From Armatimonadota bacterium (GTDB taxonomy: Bacteria; Armatimonadota; SYMT01), in contig JAWLHY010000002.1 in the NCBI GenBank assembly GCA_041690135.1, positions 688,342 to 752,341 of the forward strand: a stretch of DNA of 64,000 nucleotides, read 5' to 3'. The translations under genes were made by a program, and so were the position numbers. The notes beneath the pieces are model-generated. The model saw nothing but the letters and a program-made list of their open reading frames with translations, searched no databases and had not been told where the DNA came from. Positions 59,842-64,000 of the stretch are shown here, piece after piece (positions within the stretch are counted from its first letter, which is position 1; each line of letters starts with the position of its first letter).

Positions 59842-61499
59842 AAGCTGCCGTTAACCTGCGGAGCCCGGTTCTCCTCGTTCTCTCCGGGCTTACTGTTCTC
59901 AGTGGGTGTGGGACTCCGACAGCGCCTGCCGAGCCCGCAGCGTCGAGATCAGCGCCAGCGAGCGCGGAGGTTCGCTTCCGGGACGTGGCTGAGGAGTGCG
60001 GCATCACCTTTGTTTGCGGCATCACGGATGAGACTCCGCTCAACATCACGCGGATGGTCTCCGGCGGCGCGGGATTTCTGGACTACGATCAGGATGGGTG
60101 GCCGGATCTCGTACTCGCGGGAGTCAAGGGAGTCCGTCTCTATCAGAACCAGGAGGGGAAGACGTTCCGCGACGTCTCGAGCGGCAGCGGCCTGGACCGC
60201 ATCTCCGGCGAACCCCAGGGAGTGGCGTCGGGAGACTTTGATGGGGATATGCTTCCGGACCTGCTCATCACCCGGTACGACGGTGTTGCGCTGATGCGCA
60301 ACCTGGGCCGCGGTCGCTTTGCAAACGTCACCGAGCGGGCGAGCCTGGATCTCCGCGGCTGGACCACCAGCGCGAGTTTTGCTGATGTGAACGGGGATGG
60401 GCGACTGGACCTGTATATAGGTCGCTATGTGCGTTTCGAACCGGGAATGCCGGAGTATCAGCAGGACGGGGACGCAATGCTGGCATTGGGACCGGATGCC
60501 TACCCGCCGCTGCAAGGCGCCCTCTACCTGAACCTGGGGAACGGGAAGTTTCGGGAGGCTACCCGCGACGCGGGTATGGCTGATGCCCACGGAAAGACCC
60601 TGGGGGTCGCCTTCGCGGACTACGACCAGGACGGCGATCAAGATCTCTACCTGGCGAATGACCAGGCGCTGGGGGACTTTTACCTGAACGACGGAAAGGG
60701 CCGCTTCCGCAATGTCGCCGTGGAGAACGGTACGGCGGCTTCGGTCAGTGGCCGGAGACAGGCAGGGATGGGCGTGGACTGGGGGGACTACGACGGTGAT
60801 GCCCGCTTCGACCTGATCGTCGCCACATTCTACAATGAGCCCAAGAGCCTCTATCACCAGGATGCAGGCGCCGTGTTTTCCGAGCGCGGCCAGACCGCCG
60901 GATTGCTGCGGAGCGTGCTGCGGGGTACAGCCTTTGGCGTGGCCTTTGAGGACTGGAACAACGATGGCGCCGTGGACCTGATGGTGGCCAATGGGCACGT
61001 TCAGGATCAGTTGGATCGGGTCGATCCCGACACTGGCTATCGTCAGGCGACACAGGTCTTCCTCAATGACCAGCGTAGCTTCCGCGAAGTCTCCGCGGCC
61101 GCGGGGCCTGCCTTCGCGCAAAAGATCGTCGGCCGCGCCCTGGCTGCGGCGGACTTCGACCGGGACGGTCGCCGGGACGCGGTGGTGGCGAATTTTGCCG
61201 GCCGGCCGCTCCTGCTCCGCAACGAAAGCGCGGCGGGACACTGGATCACCTTCCGCCTGCAGGGCAAGGGTGCCAACCGCCAGGGGGTGGGTGCGGTGAT
61301 CACGGTCGAAAGCGGCGGGCGCCGGCAGGTGTGCTCGGTGCAAACGGGACGGAGCTATCTTTCCGCGTTCCCGCCGGAGGCACACTTCGGGCTGGGAGCG
61401 GAGACGGAAGCGACGGCCGAAATCCGCTGGCCGGATGGCTCGGTCCAACGCGTGGCGAATCTCAAGTTGGACGCGGTCAACGAGATCGAGCAGCAGTAG
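59838..61499 (+). CDS. CRTAC1-like FG-GAP/ASPIC-UnbV lipoprotein
   Basis: LSGC lipobox; repeated DxDxDG..DL motifs; SYLS...HFGLG...IRWPDG. Confidence 0.93.
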   Translation: MKAAVNLRSPVLLVLSGLTVLSGCGTPTAPAEPAASRSAPASAEVRFRDVAEECGITFVCGITDETPLNITRMVSGGAGFLDYDQDGWPDLVLAGVKGVRLYQNQEGKTFRDVSSGSGLDRISGEPQGVASGDFDGDMLPDLLITRYDGVALMRNLGRGRFANVTERASLDLRGWTTSASFADVNGDGRLDLYIGRYVRFEPGMPEYQQDGDAMLALGPDAYPPLQGALYLNLGNGKFREATRDAGMADAHGKTLGVAFADYDQDGDQDLYLANDQALGDFYLNDGKGRFRNVAVENGTAASVSGRRQAGMGVDWGDYDGDARFDLIVATFYNEPKSLYHQDAGAVFSERGQTAGLLRSVLRGTAFGVAFEDWNNDGAVDLMVANGHVQDQLDRVDPDTGYRQATQVFLNDQRSFREVSAAAGPAFAQKIVGRALAAADFDRDGRRDAVVANFAGRPLLLRNESAAGHWITFRLQGKGANRQGVGAVITVESGGRRQVCSVQTGRSYLSAFPPEAHFGLGAETEATAEIRWPDGSVQRVANLKLDAVNEIEQQ

Positions 61500-61501
61500 C
61501 C

Positions 61502-63202
61502 ATGGCTCCCAGCGAAGAAAGGACAGGGGCAGACCCGGCCACCGATCCAGCAGAAGGGCGAAAGCCGGTGTGGGGGATGTGGCCGGCGTGGAAGGTCGCC
61601 GAAGCGCTCCTTTTTCTGGTCGCGGCGGTGGCGACCGCCGCTCTGCTTTTTGCGGGTCCGGTCCTGGTTCGAGACCCGGATGAGCTGTACCACTTCCGGC
61701 ATGCGGCGCTTTATGCGCAGCGCGGGCTCCTTTTCAGCGAGTTTCCCTGGACCGCCTTTTCGATCATCGGCACGGCCAATGCCGACCTGTGGTATGGCTT
61801 TCACCTGTTCCTCCTTCCGTTCACGCTGGGCACGGATCCGGTTGAGGGCATGCGGTACGCGGGGATCGCGATCCTCGCCAGTTCCCTGACCCTGACCTAC
61901 CTGGCCCTGGCTCGGGCGGGAATCGCCTATCCCTTTGTCTGGCCCTTCCTGGTTCTGTTTGCCGCTCCTCCCGCGGTGCTGCGGATGGTGATGCTCCGAC
62001 CCCACGTGCTTTCGTTGGGGCTCTTCGCCTGGCTGCTCGTTACGCTCATGCGCGGCCCCACCTGGGGGGTTTTCCTCGCGGCCTTTGCCGCTGCTTTCCT
62101 GCACCTCAATCTGGTGTGGATCGTGCTGCTTTCGACAGGCGTCGCCCTCCTGGCCCACTGGCTTCTGGAGCGGAAATGGGCATGGCGGGCGGCTGCCGCC
62201 GCGCTGGCGGGGGCGGCGGGCGGCTGGCTCCTCCGCCCCAACCCGCTCTCCGCGGCCAAACTGCTGCGGGTGCAGTTGGTGCAATGGGCCATTGAGAAAC
62301 AGCAGGGTACGCCGCTCCTGCTGGGCGGTGAGGCGCTGCCGGTCGATCCGGCCGGGCTCGTGCTCCAGTTCCTCCCGTTCCTGGGCCTCTGGTGCGGGGC
62401 GATCACCCTCCTGGTGGTGGTCTTGCTGCGGAAGCGGGAAATCTACCGCGCGCTCCCGGCACCGCAGCGTGCCTTCCTCTGGACCAGCGCAGTTCTGTCC
62501 GTGGTCTTCTTTGAAATGACGGTGCTGGTCTCGCTGCGGGCTTCGGACCAGTGGAAGCTGTTCGCCGTCCTTTTTGTCGCCGCGGTTTTCACGGCTTTCC
62601 TGCGGCCAGTTGCCCCGGGTGGGTCAATGGCTCTCGCGCCTCGGCTCCGCCGGATAATCACCGGGGTGGGGCTGGTCCTCAGTTTCATTCTGGCGGGACG
62701 GGTGCTCGCCCCGGGGGAGGAGCGCTGGCTGGCGCAGGGGTATTCGCCGGACCGGCTCCGAGGCGCGGCGGAATGGCTGCGTTATCAAAGCCAGCCGGGC
62801 GAGATCGTGTTTCACGCGCAATGGCAGGTCTTTCCGGAGTTGTTCTTCTGGAATCAGCAGAACCGGTACATCAACGGAATGGACCCGATCTTCCTTTTCG
62901 CTGCCGATGCGCGCCGTTACTGGAAGGCGCACCACCTGGCTACAGGACAGGGATCCGCATTCACCTGCGCCGCGCCCGAGTGCCCGGATGAGATCGTGGA
63001 AGATACCTACCAGGTGCTGCGCCGGGACTTCCAGGCCACGTACTTGCTGGTGGACAGAAGGAAGAGTCCTTACCTCGCGGCTTGGGCAGAGCGCGACCGT
63101 CGCCTGGAACGGGGGTTCGCTTCCGGGGAAGTGGCGATTTATCGCTTGGTGGGAGCGCCGACCGCTGCTCCCTCCGATTCCGAGACGGGCGCGCGGGACT
63201 GA
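61502..63202 (+). CDS. Polytopic membrane protein, GT-C glycosyltransferase-like
   Basis: DPDELYH after TM1, about 11-13 TMs, C-terminal soluble domain with GMDP. Confidence 0.6.
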   Translation: MAPSEERTGADPATDPAEGRKPVWGMWPAWKVAEALLFLVAAVATAALLFAGPVLVRDPDELYHFRHAALYAQRGLLFSEFPWTAFSIIGTANADLWYGFHLFLLPFTLGTDPVEGMRYAGIAILASSLTLTYLALARAGIAYPFVWPFLVLFAAPPAVLRMVMLRPHVLSLGLFAWLLVTLMRGPTWGVFLAAFAAAFLHLNLVWIVLLSTGVALLAHWLLERKWAWRAAAAALAGAAGGWLLRPNPLSAAKLLRVQLVQWAIEKQQGTPLLLGGEALPVDPAGLVLQFLPFLGLWCGAITLLVVVLLRKREIYRALPAPQRAFLWTSAVLSVVFFEMTVLVSLRASDQWKLFAVLFVAAVFTAFLRPVAPGGSMALAPRLRRIITGVGLVLSFILAGRVLAPGEERWLAQGYSPDRLRGAAEWLRYQSQPGEIVFHAQWQVFPELFFWNQQNRYINGMDPIFLFAADARRYWKAHHLATGQGSAFTCAAPECPDEIVEDTYQVLRRDFQATYLLVDRRKSPYLAAWAERDRRLERGFASGEVAIYRLVGAPTAAPSDSETGARD

Positions 63203-63487
63203 GGCTTGCGGAAATAGGCGCGCCTTCCGGAGTTTGATGGCGCTGCCTCGGCCACTCCGGGTCGCCAGGGCCGTTCAGGCAGTGCGGGGTGGCTACGGGT
63301 AATGTGCCTGTAACATCGGATTGGCGGTGGCTCGCCTCTTCCCCTACCAGAGCCCGCGGGTTCTAAAACCGGTCCACTGGTCCCAGGCGCGGCAGTAACG
63401 GCGGGACCGGGGGCCCAGCATCGGCACGTAGGAGTCGGGGTTGATCTGCTCCGGGGTCACGTTCAGCAGGTTCTCCAGGAAACAGGG

Positions 63488-64000
63488 TCAGGTCCGCAAC
63501 CGCCGGAAGGTCAGGCTGACGCGTGGGCCGGTCTCCGGCTGCGCGGGGACCCCGTGCTTCCATTCCAGTTGTACCTCCGGCGGCATGTAGAGCAGGCTTC
63601 CGTGCGGCAGCGGCTGGTCGAAGGTCACGGCCTTATCGTCGATACGCCGGAACCGCAGGACTCGCTCCGCGCCGAGCGAGATGATGGCGACCCCCGTTCC
63701 GGGCTCCAGGTCCTCCAGGGCATCTATGTGGAAGCCCATCGTGGCTTCACCGCTGGGATAGTAGTTCGCCAGGCAGTTGTTGGGTGTGAAGCCGATCCGC
63801 TCCGTCAGGGCTGCGACCACCTCCGCGAGACAATCCGGCATCGGGATTTCCGGATAGGACATGCCCGAGTAGTTGTACGGTACGCCGAAGTTGGCGGTGA
63901 GCCGGGCGCGCATCCGGGTGTCCCACTCCGTGCCGTCGCGGATGGCGGCCAGCAGCGCATCGGCGTCCTTCACGAACCGTGCCTCAAAGAGGCACTCCGG
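63488..64000 (-). CDS. AlkB-like 2OG-Fe(II) dioxygenase (5' end outside window)
   Basis: N.CL.NYY, GFHID, SLG, WKHGVP, RVSLTFR. Confidence 0.92.
   Translation of the reverse strand, partial: PECLFEARFVKDADALLAAIRDGTEWDTRMRARLTANFGVPYNYSGMSYPEIPMPDCLAEVVAALTERIGFTPNNCLANYYPSGEATMGFHIDALEDLEPGTGVAIISLGAERVLRFRRIDDKAVTFDQPLPHGSLLYMPPEVQLEWKHGVPAQPETGPRVSLTFRRLRT

Overview
GC-rich bacterial chromosomal window. The gene content (DUF1559/H-X9-DG prepilin-like gene, DUF1501, ASPIC/UnbV) suggests Armatimonadota or a similar lineage; this is inference. It opens with the end of the ribosomal superoperon (rpoA 3' end, rplQ, truA, rplM, rpsI), then an NlpC/P60 hydrolase and argC/argJ/argB split by an inverted KGG stress gene. 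The rest is mostly mixed or accessory: PL10 pectate lyase, TPP enzyme, DUF1501, a very long TPR protein, a Rieske/cytochrome b-c module, an M81 peptidase, a DUF3142/TPR/ABC-2 operon, a CHASE4 hybrid kinase, an Rpn nuclease, murJ/rpsT, USP, moeA, transporters, an RND pair, a DUF1559-TPR-ASPIC-GT-C cluster and a partial AlkB-like gene. The best candidate for an undescribed system is the minus-strand block at about 16.1-19.6 kb. It encodes a stand-alone TaqI-C-like target-recognition domain fused to a PepSY-like domain, an overlapping cytoplasmic C39-like cysteine protease, and a divergent DprA fused to an apparently dead N6-adenine methyltransferase fold. This looks like parts of an R-M enzyme reused as a DNA-sensing protease or defence module. 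Also seen: three SigB/SigF-type promoters, an Rpn internal-antitoxin start signature and a REP-like repeat family. I saw no tRNA, rRNA or CRISPR. All family calls come from reading motifs by eye, not from database searches.
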